IMG/VR virus record: IMGVR_UViG_3300038318_000351
DNA: 64,000 bases
Strand: one strand, 5' to 3'
DNA from: a virus
In this document: one piece after another, positions 39,863 to 49,636 of the stretch
Numbering within the stretch: position 1 is the stretch's first letter
Layout of the letters: every line of letters starts with the position of its first letter
Program-made: the position numbers and the translations under genes
The notes under the pieces: generated by a model
The model's database searches: none
Told to the model about the DNA's origin: nothing
The model's input: the letters and a program-made list of their open reading frames with translations, nothing else

Positions 39863-40001
39863 GGAAATTTCTCCTTATAATTTATTACGGGCCATCCTTC
39901 AGTTTTTGACCCTCCTTGTGGCCACAAAAGGAGTAGTTTGCTTATAGGCCTAGAAGTAAACGAACCAAGATCACGACCCGTAATTTTATATAAACGGAGG
40001 A

Positions 40002-40394
40002 TCAGACGTTTCTAACGCTACCGCCGTTTATTACAAGTTTGTCGGGACATTTAGCATAATCCTGAAAAGCATCCCGAATAATCTTTTCGTGTTTCTCTTT
40101 TGTCTTCTCCTTAATCTGAAGACTTTTTTCTTTTAAATCTTTATAGTATCTCATTCGATCAAGATAATATTCTATAGATCCTTCATAAGCTAAAATCCTA
40201 CTCTGAATTTCTTCCTTTGGCATAAAATAATTTGATGTACCCACTTCTTCATTTTCTGGATCATCCATTTTTTTAATGAAATCACGCAAGAATTTTACTT
40301 CGAGCTGCGCTCTAATTAATTGCTCTCTTGAATAATTAACCTCTTCATTAATAATTTTTTGTTTGATTGGTAATTCTCGTTTTTTATCATTCAT
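40002..40394 (-). CDS. Hypothetical coiled-coil protein
   Basis: GGAGGG RBS and its own consensus promoter. Confidence 0.7.
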   Translation of the reverse strand: MNDKKRELPIKQKIINEEVNYSREQLIRAQLEVKFLRDFIKKMDDPENEEVGTSNYFMPKEEIQSRILAYEGSIEYYLDRMRYYKDLKEKSLQIKEKTKEKHEKIIRDAFQDYAKCPDKLVINGGSVRNV

Positions 40395-40438
40395 TGTCTA
40401 AATCCCTCCCAATATCAGAATGTTTGTTCCATATGATA

Positions 40439-40468
40439 ATTATAGAATATTTCTTATTCTCTTGTCAA
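40439..40468 (-). promoter_or_regulatory. Consensus sigmaA promoter
   Basis: TTGACA-18 bp-TATAAT. Confidence 0.8.
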
Positions 40469-40476
40469 GAGATAAA

Positions 40477-40506
40477 ATATAGCAGACTGATATCAGTCTG
40501 CTATAT
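40477..40506. terminator. Terminator-like palindrome after RNAP gene
   Basis: 30-bp perfect palindrome ATATAGCAGACTGATATCAGTCTGCTATAT. Confidence 0.7.
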
Positions 40507-40508
40507 CC

Positions 40509-43500
40509 CTACTTCTTGCTGAATAGATTAAACATTCTAGTTGCAATACCATTCTTTTTATCTGGTGCAATCTTAAATCCCTCGCCTATATTTAATAGTT
40601 TGCCTGCCATTTGTCTGGATCGTGGATCATTTAATTTGTCTACCTGGCCAATGGCTGCTCCCCTTGCAAGTTGTGTCATGACATCTTTATGCCCAAGGTT
40701 ACTAAACCAATTTTCGTGTCCGCTGGTAGCAATCGTATCCTTGGAGTGCAAAGTATTTTCAAAGTTAATCAATTTCGGATATACCTTGATGTCTTTATAT
40801 CCTGCATTTTTTAATGCAACCAAAGTGGCATCGGATATAACTTCTCCCTTAGCAATAATTGTTTTACCTTTTTTGTCCTTGTAAGTTTCTCCGGATTTGT
40901 GTCCCGTAACTGCTGCTGCATTATTAAGAGATAACTTCTTTACACTGTAGGGCGTGGCATTTTCTGTATTCCATTTTACAAGAATATTGCGGTCTACTTC
41001 CTCACCCTTCATATAAGGAGAATCGCCCGGGTCAATTACTTTAGCCTTTGAAGTAATCTTGCCAATAATAGTTTCCATATGTCTACGATCCATTGCACCT
41101 GGGCTGGTAGCTTTAGATATCGCATAATCCATGGAATCAGTTAAATATTCCTGGACATAATCTCTAGCAGTATCCTGGTCAAAAGCATTCGCCTTTAACT
41201 TATAGAGTTTCCTCGGATCAGCATTAGTAAACACAACATTCTCATTTGCTTCATTAAGCAGATCGTTAACATCACCATAAGTAAGGAAATCACCCTTAAT
41301 CACTTTGTCTCCAACAGAAACCTTCAATTTCTGGCTCTTGCCATCAACATGAGGAATAATTTGCGGCTTGTTATCAATGTAAATAGTATCTTTCGCAACT
41401 CCATTTTCGATCCTTGTTATCGTGCCACTATTATTAGCAAGTGCTGCAGGGTTTACTTTGTTCTTTCCGAGATTTAAGATTTCTTCAATTCTTGGTATTC
41501 CTAATGTTGCAGAGGAACCAGTTCCACCAGAGTGGAACGTATTAAGCGTCATCTGCATAACTGGTTCGCCCATTGCCTGAGATGCTAATACGCCGATCGG
41601 AGTACCTTCCTTTGGAAGTTGAATTGTGCCGGGCATTGCACCATAGCATTGTTGACAAACGCCGCCAGTAGATTTGCATTTTAATGGAGATCTTACTTTT
41701 ACCTGTTTAATTGATGTGTCTTTGTAAATTCTGTTGCGGATTTCTTTTGTAATCATCTGGTTTCTCTTTACAAGTAAGGTCCCTTTTTCGCTTACCAAAT
41801 CTTCGGCTGCAATTCTACCCTCAAGACCAAGGTTATTTTTATTCATGTATATACCATCTCTAGTACGGCAATCTTTCTCTACAATAATAACATCTTGAAC
41901 AGCGGACCAAACTTCACGAGTAATTTGACCTGGTTCTCTTGTTGAAATAGATCTATCCGACATACCTTTTCTTGAATCCTTGCCATGAATCCAATACTCT
42001 TCAGGGGATAAGCCATCAAAATGAGAGTGTTTAATAGGCGAAATTAGTTTTTTGTTTATATCCATACCAACACCAGTAGTTACTAACATTCTTCTAATTT
42101 GGCCTGCGTTAGCTCGTGCACCAGACGCCATCATCATTTGAATTGGATTATCACTATCAAGTATTTTGCCGTTTTTAAGATCATTTTCGATTTCTTTTTC
42201 AGCTCGTTGCCATCCAGTAATAAGTGCTTCTTCCGTATCTCCAAGTTCTTTTTGTGCTTCTTTTACATGCTTGTCGAAAATTGTTTCTGCATTATCTACT
42301 TTCTTAAAGTCTGTCGCACTAATAGAAATACCTGATCTCGTTGAAGCTTCAAATCCCAATTGTTTGATATCATCCATGATATTACTGATTTGTATCTTTG
42401 AAATATTTTTCCAGCCATCGGCCTCTGCGTCCGCATACATCTGTCGCATCGTCTGGCCAATTTGTGACTTACCCCAAACTTGCTTCAAATTACGATATTT
42501 TTTCGGAAGTAAGTAGTTAAACATTGCTTGACCAGCGGTTACGTTATTCATGTCTCCAATGCTAACTTTTGTACGAGCTTTTATATTGCCTTCTCGGTAG
42601 TCTTTTCTAAGTTTTTTATAATCTGTATAATTGATTCCTTTACCCTCTGGTTTATCCCAGTGAGAAGTTAAGTAGTATACACCTAAAACCATCTCGTGAC
42701 GCAGATTAATAATCATTTTCCCGTTGGTGGGATTAATTAAATTATCTGACGGCATCATTATCCTCTTCGCTTCATCTTTAGCCCTTTCTGTTACTGGAAC
42801 GTGAGATGCCATTGTATCTCCATCAAAATCAGCATTAAAACCCTCTACTACCAAAGGATTAAGATGAATACTACGCACTACTTCGCCATCTTCGGTTTCC
42901 TTGATAATAGGATTAAATGCCATAATATTAAATTTGTGGAGAGAAGGCTGACGATTAAGCAACACGGGCCTGTCTTTTGCCACTTGTCTAATTACATACT
43001 TCGTGTCATCGTCAAGTGCCTTAATCTTGTTTTTTGCCTCCGGAACGCTTGCTGCAAACCCCTCGTCAATTAACTCTTTTACAACAAACGGCTTATACAA
43101 ATCACGAGCCATATCCATAGGAATACTCGCTTCGTTTATCTTGAGGTTAGGATCTACACCGATTACAGAACGTCCAGAGAAATCTACCCGTTTACTAAGT
43201 AGCTGTCCACGGACAATACCCTCTTTGCCGCCTATACTATCTTTAATACCTTTTAAGTCTCGCTTAGTTCTCTTGTCTCTTTTTGTAACATGGCCACTTA
43301 AGTTCATCATAGCCTTATATATATTCCCGGTACCTCGTGCTGCGCTAACAGCGTCTTCTACCTGATATAAGTCACCTGCTTCAGCAATATCCTTTACCGG
43401 ATTATTTGCTTTAATCAGCTCACCATACAGTGTGTTTAAATCATCAATGATGTACTTCTTTTTATCATCTGTCTTACTTACCGGTCTTAAATAAGATGGA

Positions 43501-46500
43501 GCAACTGGTACATAGTGCATCATAAGATCAGATGCTTCCATCTTATTATTGTTTAACATAGTAAGGACCTTAACTTTTTTGTATGCCTTATCAATTTTAG
43601 TTCCTTGTGCTGCATTTAATTCTTTTTTTGCCTTTTCAAGCTCTTCCCTTACATCAATTTTATCCATTATGCTCTGAAGAGCCTGACCACCAACCTGCCA
43701 AAGAATGTATTTACCTTGTGAATTTAATTTATCAATTTTTTCAGGGGAAACCAAATCACCAGGTTTTAATCCCGCTTCTATCATATCCTTTTTATGTTTT
43801 TCCCTAATACTAGGATCCAAGTTGTTAAATGGCGCATATTTATCTGGGTCACTAATCATTACCTTTTTACCAGTAGACAAAGCTTGCAGATCATCCGTCT
43901 TCATACCGGTTAATAAAGAGTATGGGTTATAAGATTTATTTTGCATAAATACTGGATTTGGCAATGGAGCACCTAATTTAATATAGCCCCATTTTTTTCT
44001 TTCATCCAGAGTACCAGGTTCACCAAATATTCTTGGATCTGCCAATCCATCTTTTACTGGTTCATCTTCCTTTATTACTGTTTTCTTCTTTGACTTTGAA
44101 GCTTCATCGCCTTCTTTTGATGATGTTTTTTTCTTTGTCTTTGAAGCCTCGCCCGTAATATCTTTGGCGTTATACATCTTAGGCGCTTTTACCTCTGCAT
44201 TTTTTCCAACCATCTTGATAAATTCAGAAGATTTAATAGGCTGAATCATCATGCTATCAAAAACATCATCAAATGTACCTACTTCTTTCCCATTATATAA
44301 AGGCTTTACATTTAACCCTAATACTTTCAAGGAATCACTCAAAACCTTCAAGGATTCTGGCGTTGCGGGTACATCTAAGCTATCTAAGTTACCGGTGGCA
44401 ATTGCATTAAACATAGCAATTCTCTGTTGAGCATCTCCACCACCGTCCGATTTGATGGTAGAGTTCTCTAGGATATTCCAAACAGCTTGATGACCTTGTA
44501 ATGCCCTCATTTCCATTTCGCCAAGACTTTGTGGATTATGCTTTTCGCCTGCCGCAGATCCGACAACTTTTGCCGGCATAAAGTTTTTCCTATTTGGACT
44601 GGTTTCCATGTTAGACCTAGCCTGTATTTTATCATCAGCTTTATGTTTCAATTTCATGATATACATATTACCTACAGTAACAGGGTTTTCAGCAGGAATT
44701 TCTTTAATCGTGCCATCTGGATTTTTTTCTTTTAGCGTAACTTTCATTTTTCCATCCGGATAACCAATTTCTTTAAGTGCTTTCATCACTTTATCTTTTT
44801 CTTTATGATTGAAGTTAGTAATAGCATATGGCTGACCTTTTTTTTCTGCAGCTAATCCTGCATGTACCTCGAGTAACTGTCCAACGTTCTTACGTGAGGG
44901 AACAGCAAGAGGAGAAAACATTATGTCAATCTCGCTTCCATCTTCTGCAACGGGCATTTCATCATCGTCTAAAATTTTGGTAATAGTACCCTTATTACCA
45001 TGACGTCCAGAAATTTTATCACCAATCTTAAGTGGCTTAGAATTTATAAGCGTAATAACAATCTTCTGTTTATTTGATCCATCTGGATTATTAACCACGG
45101 TAACCCTTTTAACTTCGCCCTCAACGTAACTGGAACTATCGATACTGAAATAATTTTTCTTGTAATTTTGGTTTTTATCCGCAGACAAAATAGCATCTTC
45201 TATACTATCTCCAGCATCCTGAATAACCGGCTTTAAAGTAGCGACTAATACATCACCACGTTTTACATGCTGACCAACTTTAATAATTCCGTCATTATCT
45301 AAACGCTGCCTAAGGGAAGGGTCTCTATCGTAAGCGATAAGTTCTTCCATAACATTGCTGCCACGTCCACCCTTGTGCGTGGTAGGAATGTTAATCTCTT
45401 GCTCTTCCATTCCCTCTGTAGCCATACGTTTCGCAAGAGAGCGGCTTACCACAATGCCATCTTCGTAGTTGTAGCCTTTATATGGAAGAAAAGCGACTTT
45501 TGCATTAAGACCCAGAGCAAGTTTTCCGTCTTTTGTCTGCCATCCTTCTGCTAGCATATCGCCTTTTTTTACCTTGTCACCAGGTTTAACCTTGACTTCG
45601 TTGTTGATAAAGCTTTGATTAAGCGGATAATATTCATAATATGGTTTAATGTAAGTCTTTCCATCATTACCTTTAATAGTAATTTTACCTTTGTCAACGT
45701 TCTCAACTACGCCAACTACGTCAGCACGCACCGGTTTACCATATTGTTCTCCGATATATTCATCGTAAGTAATTCCTTTATCAGGATCCATTAAAGTAGT
45801 GACAAGTGGAGCTTCTCGGTTAACAATATTAATTGCCTGTTTTTGCATATTCGATCCCATAAGTGCTCTATTACCATCATCATGAGCAACAAATGGAATC
45901 ATGTTTGCAGCATACCCCATAACATCTCTAGGACTTTTATCAATATAATCAATTTCTGATACAGAAACTTCCTTAACTTTCCCGGCTCGTCTTGCCGGAA
46001 CCTTTGCTTTAAGAAAAGTGATGTTGTCTTTATTATTACTAACATAGCGAGAATCGTTGAACGCTATTGTTTTGTGATATTCTTCATCTGGAGATAGATA
46101 AAACTCATTTGATTTTATTTTCTTCGCAACTCCATCACGCACTTTTAAAACTGGGGCTTTAATTGTTCGGTCTTCAATTTTAGCATCTTGTGTTAAGTGT
46201 TCAACTAATCCAATATTTGTGGATTCGGGAGTTTCGATAGGATCAATTCTGTTCATGGAGTTTGCGGAAAGATTTCTCGCAGAAAATTCATTTCTTGCAG
46301 AATCAGGACTTAAACCACCTTCGCCTAATTGAGTAATTTTCTTTGTCATTCCTGTCATAAACAATGGATTTGTTTCTTCCGGAGTTTGAACAAGAGAACT
46401 ACTGCTCATAAATTTACCTAGTGATTTTCCAATCTTTGTGGTGGCTCTGATATCAGTATGTCGAATATCTTTTCTGCCACTATCCAATACCATTTGTGCA

Positions 46501-47462
46501 TCGTTAACAAAGTCCATCCAATCTTTCTCAATTTGTTCTAATATAAAATCATTATCATCAAAGACATCTTTAAATCGAAGATCGTCTTTATCATCTTCTT
46601 CCACCTGATCTTGAAATACGGCAAAAGTTTTTGTAACAGCGCCAGCAATCATCTTTGGAGAAAGATAGTCTTCCTTTAACCCTAAGTTTGCCTGAACAAC
46701 CGGAATCCCTGTTCCGAATTTTGCATTTTTCTGAAGAAAATCAAACAATTCCGTTTTTAATTCGGTAGGAGTTTTATCAGTTGGAACAGTTCCAATAACT
46801 GCAGTATATAAATCATTTATGCCCTTTAGATTCTTATTACCGTACTTTTCAAAAAGCTGATCCGATACAATCCCATTTCCAAGCATCTTTTTAATATCAG
46901 GATCTCTAAACCCTAGAATACGTAAGAAGTTAATACCGTTAAAATTATATGTTTTATTCCCTCTTTTAATAGAAACAGTAAATTCATTTTTAGACGGTTT
47001 GTATTCTACGGTCATCTGTGGAACATATTCCCCGCTAGAAATAGAAGAGTTGTCTACCATGATATTTGTTTTAACATCACCCAAGCTAGATGTTTTGTTT
47101 GTGTAAATACCAGGTTTTAACCTCATCTGATTAAGAATATTTTTCTCGGTTCCATTAACGATATAAGTATCTCTTTCTGTTATAACCGGAACAGGTATCA
47201 GATTTTTCTTTATATTGCTTTTAGCAATAATCTTATCATCAGCATCTCTTATTATAATTCTGCCACTGATATATCCTTCTAAATTCCCATTCTTCGAATA
47301 CTTCATTTGAAGCTGTTTATCTATATCATCAACAGCTTTAGGAGCTGTAAATTCAATATCTTCTACTGCAATCGTCCGTCCATCTTTACCCTTAATAGGA
47401 GTTGTACGGTGAATCAAATCTATAATGGAATTTTTTAAATCTTCTGTTTTTTGACTAACCAT
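40509..47462 (-). CDS. rpoBC: Single-chain beta-beta' DNA-directed RNA polymerase
   Basis: beta motifs PIETPE, RALMGSNMQKQA, GDKISGRHGNKG, LGEMEMRAL; beta' motifs LSKRVDFSGRSVI, LLNRQPSLH, NADFDGD, SQAMGEPVMQMTLNTFH, RRHME; one continuous ORF. Confidence 0.95.
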   Translation of the reverse strand: MVSQKTEDLKNSIIDLIHRTTPIKGKDGRTIAVEDIEFTAPKAVDDIDKQLQMKYSKNGNLEGYISGRIIIRDADDKIIAKSNIKKNLIPVPVITERDTYIVNGTEKNILNQMRLKPGIYTNKTSSLGDVKTNIMVDNSSISSGEYVPQMTVEYKPSKNEFTVSIKRGNKTYNFNGINFLRILGFRDPDIKKMLGNGIVSDQLFEKYGNKNLKGINDLYTAVIGTVPTDKTPTELKTELFDFLQKNAKFGTGIPVVQANLGLKEDYLSPKMIAGAVTKTFAVFQDQVEEDDKDDLRFKDVFDDNDFILEQIEKDWMDFVNDAQMVLDSGRKDIRHTDIRATTKIGKSLGKFMSSSSLVQTPEETNPLFMTGMTKKITQLGEGGLSPDSARNEFSARNLSANSMNRIDPIETPESTNIGLVEHLTQDAKIEDRTIKAPVLKVRDGVAKKIKSNEFYLSPDEEYHKTIAFNDSRYVSNNKDNITFLKAKVPARRAGKVKEVSVSEIDYIDKSPRDVMGYAANMIPFVAHDDGNRALMGSNMQKQAINIVNREAPLVTTLMDPDKGITYDEYIGEQYGKPVRADVVGVVENVDKGKITIKGNDGKTYIKPYYEYYPLNQSFINNEVKVKPGDKVKKGDMLAEGWQTKDGKLALGLNAKVAFLPYKGYNYEDGIVVSRSLAKRMATEGMEEQEINIPTTHKGGRGSNVMEELIAYDRDPSLRQRLDNDGIIKVGQHVKRGDVLVATLKPVIQDAGDSIEDAILSADKNQNYKKNYFSIDSSSYVEGEVKRVTVVNNPDGSNKQKIVITLINSKPLKIGDKISGRHGNKGTITKILDDDEMPVAEDGSEIDIMFSPLAVPSRKNVGQLLEVHAGLAAEKKGQPYAITNFNHKEKDKVMKALKEIGYPDGKMKVTLKEKNPDGTIKEIPAENPVTVGNMYIMKLKHKADDKIQARSNMETSPNRKNFMPAKVVGSAAGEKHNPQSLGEMEMRALQGHQAVWNILENSTIKSDGGGDAQQRIAMFNAIATGNLDSLDVPATPESLKVLSDSLKVLGLNVKPLYNGKEVGTFDDVFDSMMIQPIKSSEFIKMVGKNAEVKAPKMYNAKDITGEASKTKKKTSSKEGDEASKSKKKTVIKEDEPVKDGLADPRIFGEPGTLDERKKWGYIKLGAPLPNPVFMQNKSYNPYSLLTGMKTDDLQALSTGKKVMISDPDKYAPFNNLDPSIREKHKKDMIEAGLKPGDLVSPEKIDKLNSQGKYILWQVGGQALQSIMDKIDVREELEKAKKELNAAQGTKIDKAYKKVKVLTMLNNNKMEASDLMMHYVPVAPSYLRPVSKTDDKKKYIIDDLNTLYGELIKANNPVKDIAEAGDLYQVEDAVSAARGTGNIYKAMMNLSGHVTKRDKRTKRDLKGIKDSIGGKEGIVRGQLLSKRVDFSGRSVIGVDPNLKINEASIPMDMARDLYKPFVVKELIDEGFAASVPEAKNKIKALDDDTKYVIRQVAKDRPVLLNRQPSLHKFNIMAFNPIIKETEDGEVVRSIHLNPLVVEGFNADFDGDTMASHVPVTERAKDEAKRIMMPSDNLINPTNGKMIINLRHEMVLGVYYLTSHWDKPEGKGINYTDYKKLRKDYREGNIKARTKVSIGDMNNVTAGQAMFNYLLPKKYRNLKQVWGKSQIGQTMRQMYADAEADGWKNISKIQISNIMDDIKQLGFEASTRSGISISATDFKKVDNAETIFDKHVKEAQKELGDTEEALITGWQRAEKEIENDLKNGKILDSDNPIQMMMASGARANAGQIRRMLVTTGVGMDINKKLISPIKHSHFDGLSPEEYWIHGKDSRKGMSDRSISTREPGQITREVWSAVQDVIIVEKDCRTRDGIYMNKNNLGLEGRIAAEDLVSEKGTLLVKRNQMITKEIRNRIYKDTSIKQVKVRSPLKCKSTGGVCQQCYGAMPGTIQLPKEGTPIGVLASQAMGEPVMQMTLNTFHSGGTGSSATLGIPRIEEILNLGKNKVNPAALANNSGTITRIENGVAKDTIYIDNKPQIIPHVDGKSQKLKVSVGDKVIKGDFLTYGDVNDLLNEANENVVFTNADPRKLYKLKANAFDQDTARDYVQEYLTDSMDYAISKATSPGAMDRRHMETIIGKITSKAKVIDPGDSPYMKGEEVDRNILVKWNTENATPYSVKKLSLNNAAAVTGHKSGETYKDKKGKTIIAKGEVISDATLVALKNAGYKDIKVYPKLINFENTLHSKDTIATSGHENWFSNLGHKDVMTQLARGAAIGQVDKLNDPRSRQMAGKLLNIGEGFKIAPDKKNGIATRMFNLFSKK

Positions 47463-47468
47463 TAGTTA

Positions 47469-47636
47469 TCATCCCTCCTTACTGTGATCTTCCCATTTTA
47501 AATACAGGAATATAAATCCATCTTTAGGACATGCAGTTTTTAATTCATCTACAACAACATAATCCTCGTTGTTGTAGATTTCCTCAGCTAAACGCTCTTC
47601 TCCTGGTAATATAAATACTTTAACCCTGATCTTCAT
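47469..47636 (-). CDS. Small hypothetical protein (55 aa) between portal and RNAP
   Basis: Manual translation MKIRVKVFILPGEERLAEEIYNNEDYVVVDELKTACPKDGFIFLYLKWEDHSKEG; AAGGTGG RBS; fills the gap exactly. Confidence 0.65.
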   Translation of the reverse strand: MKIRVKVFILPGEERLAEEIYNNEDYVVVDELKTACPKDGFIFLYLKWEDHSKEG

Positions 47637-47653
47637 ATAATAAAAACACCACC

Positions 47654-49609
47654 TTACTTTAAGCTATCTCTTCTAGGAGGTAATTTTTCTGGCATTGGTC
47701 TCATATCAATTTGCGCTTTTTTCTTTGCATCCTCCGACTGTTCCAATAATTGGATTGCTTTTCTTATCTGATTTTGGACATTAGCAGGAAATGAAGCGAT
47801 TGGTTTATCACGATAAGCGCGTGGTAGTTTTGCAATTTGCATAGCGATCTTTTTAATCTCAGGAGGCATGTTATTAATGAAGTCTTCAGCTTGACTTTGC
47901 TGTTGTATCATTGCTTCTTGTTCTTGTACAGGCTGTTGATTAACTTGTTCTTGTTCTGGTCTAGGCTGCTGATTAACCTGTTCCTGTACAGGCTGCTCTT
48001 GCTGATCTACGTTTTGTTGTTGTGGCATAACTCCTTCAACTTGTTCGTCAACAGGTTCGCCAGACTGTGGCATTAATTGCTGCGCTTGATTTTGTAAAGC
48101 CGCATTCATTTCAACCTGTTTTTGTTGCAATTTAAGCTGCAGTTCCATTTCATTCATTTGACATTCCATTTTTTTCATGAGTACTTTGCTCTCTAGTTCC
48201 ACTGCAGTTAAAGCTTCACGCTCAATTTCCTCTCTCATCTTTTCGGGATCGATGCCTATGGTTTTCCACATAAATTCATCTGAGCACTTACCAGCACCAT
48301 TAAGCTGAATAATTAATTGTTTCTGCTGAACATCATCCTGCATCTTTAAATCAGTCATCTTAGCAGTTACTAATTGGTCGTCATCATTTTCATTAACCCA
48401 TTCTTTGCGAGCTTGGGCCATTCTCCTGATGACAAAATTCTGTATAAAATCTTTTAACAAAACGCGATAAGTAATAAAATTATTCTCTAAGATTTTCAAA
48501 GAAATGGAACTACCGGAATAACTTATTCCGCCGAATATGAACTCTCTCGGTACATTCATCCCAGCAAGAATTTCTTCCTGTACCTGCTGAATTTCCGGAG
48601 TTAGCAACAATGCTCTACCCTGCCCCCCGACACTTAACATGTTTACCGGGACAGGAGAAACAACTTTGTAATTGGGGTCTCTCACAGATTTCATTAGTTC
48701 TTGTGCAAAATCATTTGCTACCTTATTCCAGTCTGCTTCCGGGTTAAAATCATCTGTTTTCTGGAGATAATATATTCTCATAGGTACAATATGTTCTCGC
48801 GCAATTGCTTCCTGTGCCTGCCTAAGCGTATTACGATACATTAACAATTTAAGAACATTTGCAACAACAGGGGTACCCCACACTTGGTTATCGCCAAGGG
48901 AATCTGTTGCTCTTGAAAAATGATAAACATTATTTGGATTTAATATAACCGATTTTTTATCAATAACAGCTTTTTTTATCATTTCTGGTATTTTGTCATA
49001 TTCCGCTTTTGGTTTTTTTGTTCGCACAATTCTTGCAATGCCATAAGGTATCTCCCATTTATATATCTTTTCCTGTGTTGCGGGATTATAATCGATCGTT
49101 ATCTTGGAAGGATCCAAGCGTACCATGTGCTTCCATTCTTTTTGACCAGTTGCCGGATTGGTGTACATTTCCCCGAATACAAAACAATTTCCGTAAAGGT
49201 AATAATCGATACCTATTTCGATTAGCAACTTATGGATATTTAAAGTTTTATGAATTACTCTGTTATAAGTTTTCAGAGTATCACTATCATCACGGCCTTT
49301 TTTATCCTTCACATCTTCCAGATAAACTTCCGTAATGGGGAAAACCGCCAAAGCATTAATCGCTCCGGCAACTAGCGGATCAAACATATAGAAATATTTA
49401 CACCAGCGGAATATTTCTTGTGATGTTTCCGGAATTTTTGTATCTGAAAGATTAAGAAAAGGGGATGGATAAGGGTCCTGAGTATTCCCTCTAAAATTTG
49501 CTACCTTAATCATTCCTTTAGCTTCTTCCTTTGCCTCACTCAATATTTGCTCTTTTTGTTTTGCCGAAGTAGCAACTTGAATTAAAGGATCTCTCATTTC
49601 GTCTGACAT
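47654..49609 (-). CDS. Portal protein with Gln-rich C-terminal extension
   Basis: KYFYMFDPLVAGAI, YYLYGNCFV, LDPSKITI, VYHFSR...WGTPVV, EEILAGMNVPREFIFGG. Confidence 0.8.
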   Translation of the reverse strand: MSDEMRDPLIQVATSAKQKEQILSEAKEEAKGMIKVANFRGNTQDPYPSPFLNLSDTKIPETSQEIFRWCKYFYMFDPLVAGAINALAVFPITEVYLEDVKDKKGRDDSDTLKTYNRVIHKTLNIHKLLIEIGIDYYLYGNCFVFGEMYTNPATGQKEWKHMVRLDPSKITIDYNPATQEKIYKWEIPYGIARIVRTKKPKAEYDKIPEMIKKAVIDKKSVILNPNNVYHFSRATDSLGDNQVWGTPVVANVLKLLMYRNTLRQAQEAIAREHIVPMRIYYLQKTDDFNPEADWNKVANDFAQELMKSVRDPNYKVVSPVPVNMLSVGGQGRALLLTPEIQQVQEEILAGMNVPREFIFGGISYSGSSISLKILENNFITYRVLLKDFIQNFVIRRMAQARKEWVNENDDDQLVTAKMTDLKMQDDVQQKQLIIQLNGAGKCSDEFMWKTIGIDPEKMREEIEREALTAVELESKVLMKKMECQMNEMELQLKLQQKQVEMNAALQNQAQQLMPQSGEPVDEQVEGVMPQQQNVDQQEQPVQEQVNQQPRPEQEQVNQQPVQEQEAMIQQQSQAEDFINNMPPEIKKIAMQIAKLPRAYRDKPIASFPANVQNQIRKAIQLLEQSEDAKKKAQIDMRPMPEKLPPRRDSLK

Positions 49610-49636
49610 TTATAATTTCACCACCTTATTAACAGT

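Noticed and set aside
39875-39995. Hammerhead ribozyme or known riboswitch
   Set aside because: CTGAAGGA is not the CUGANGA core and no GAAA partner is correctly placed; no riboswitch consensus recognised by eye.
40509-47462. Host chromosomal rpoBC operon
   Set aside because: No rplKAJL/rpsL context; flanked by portal and phage genes; divergent sequence lacking the beta' ZBD.
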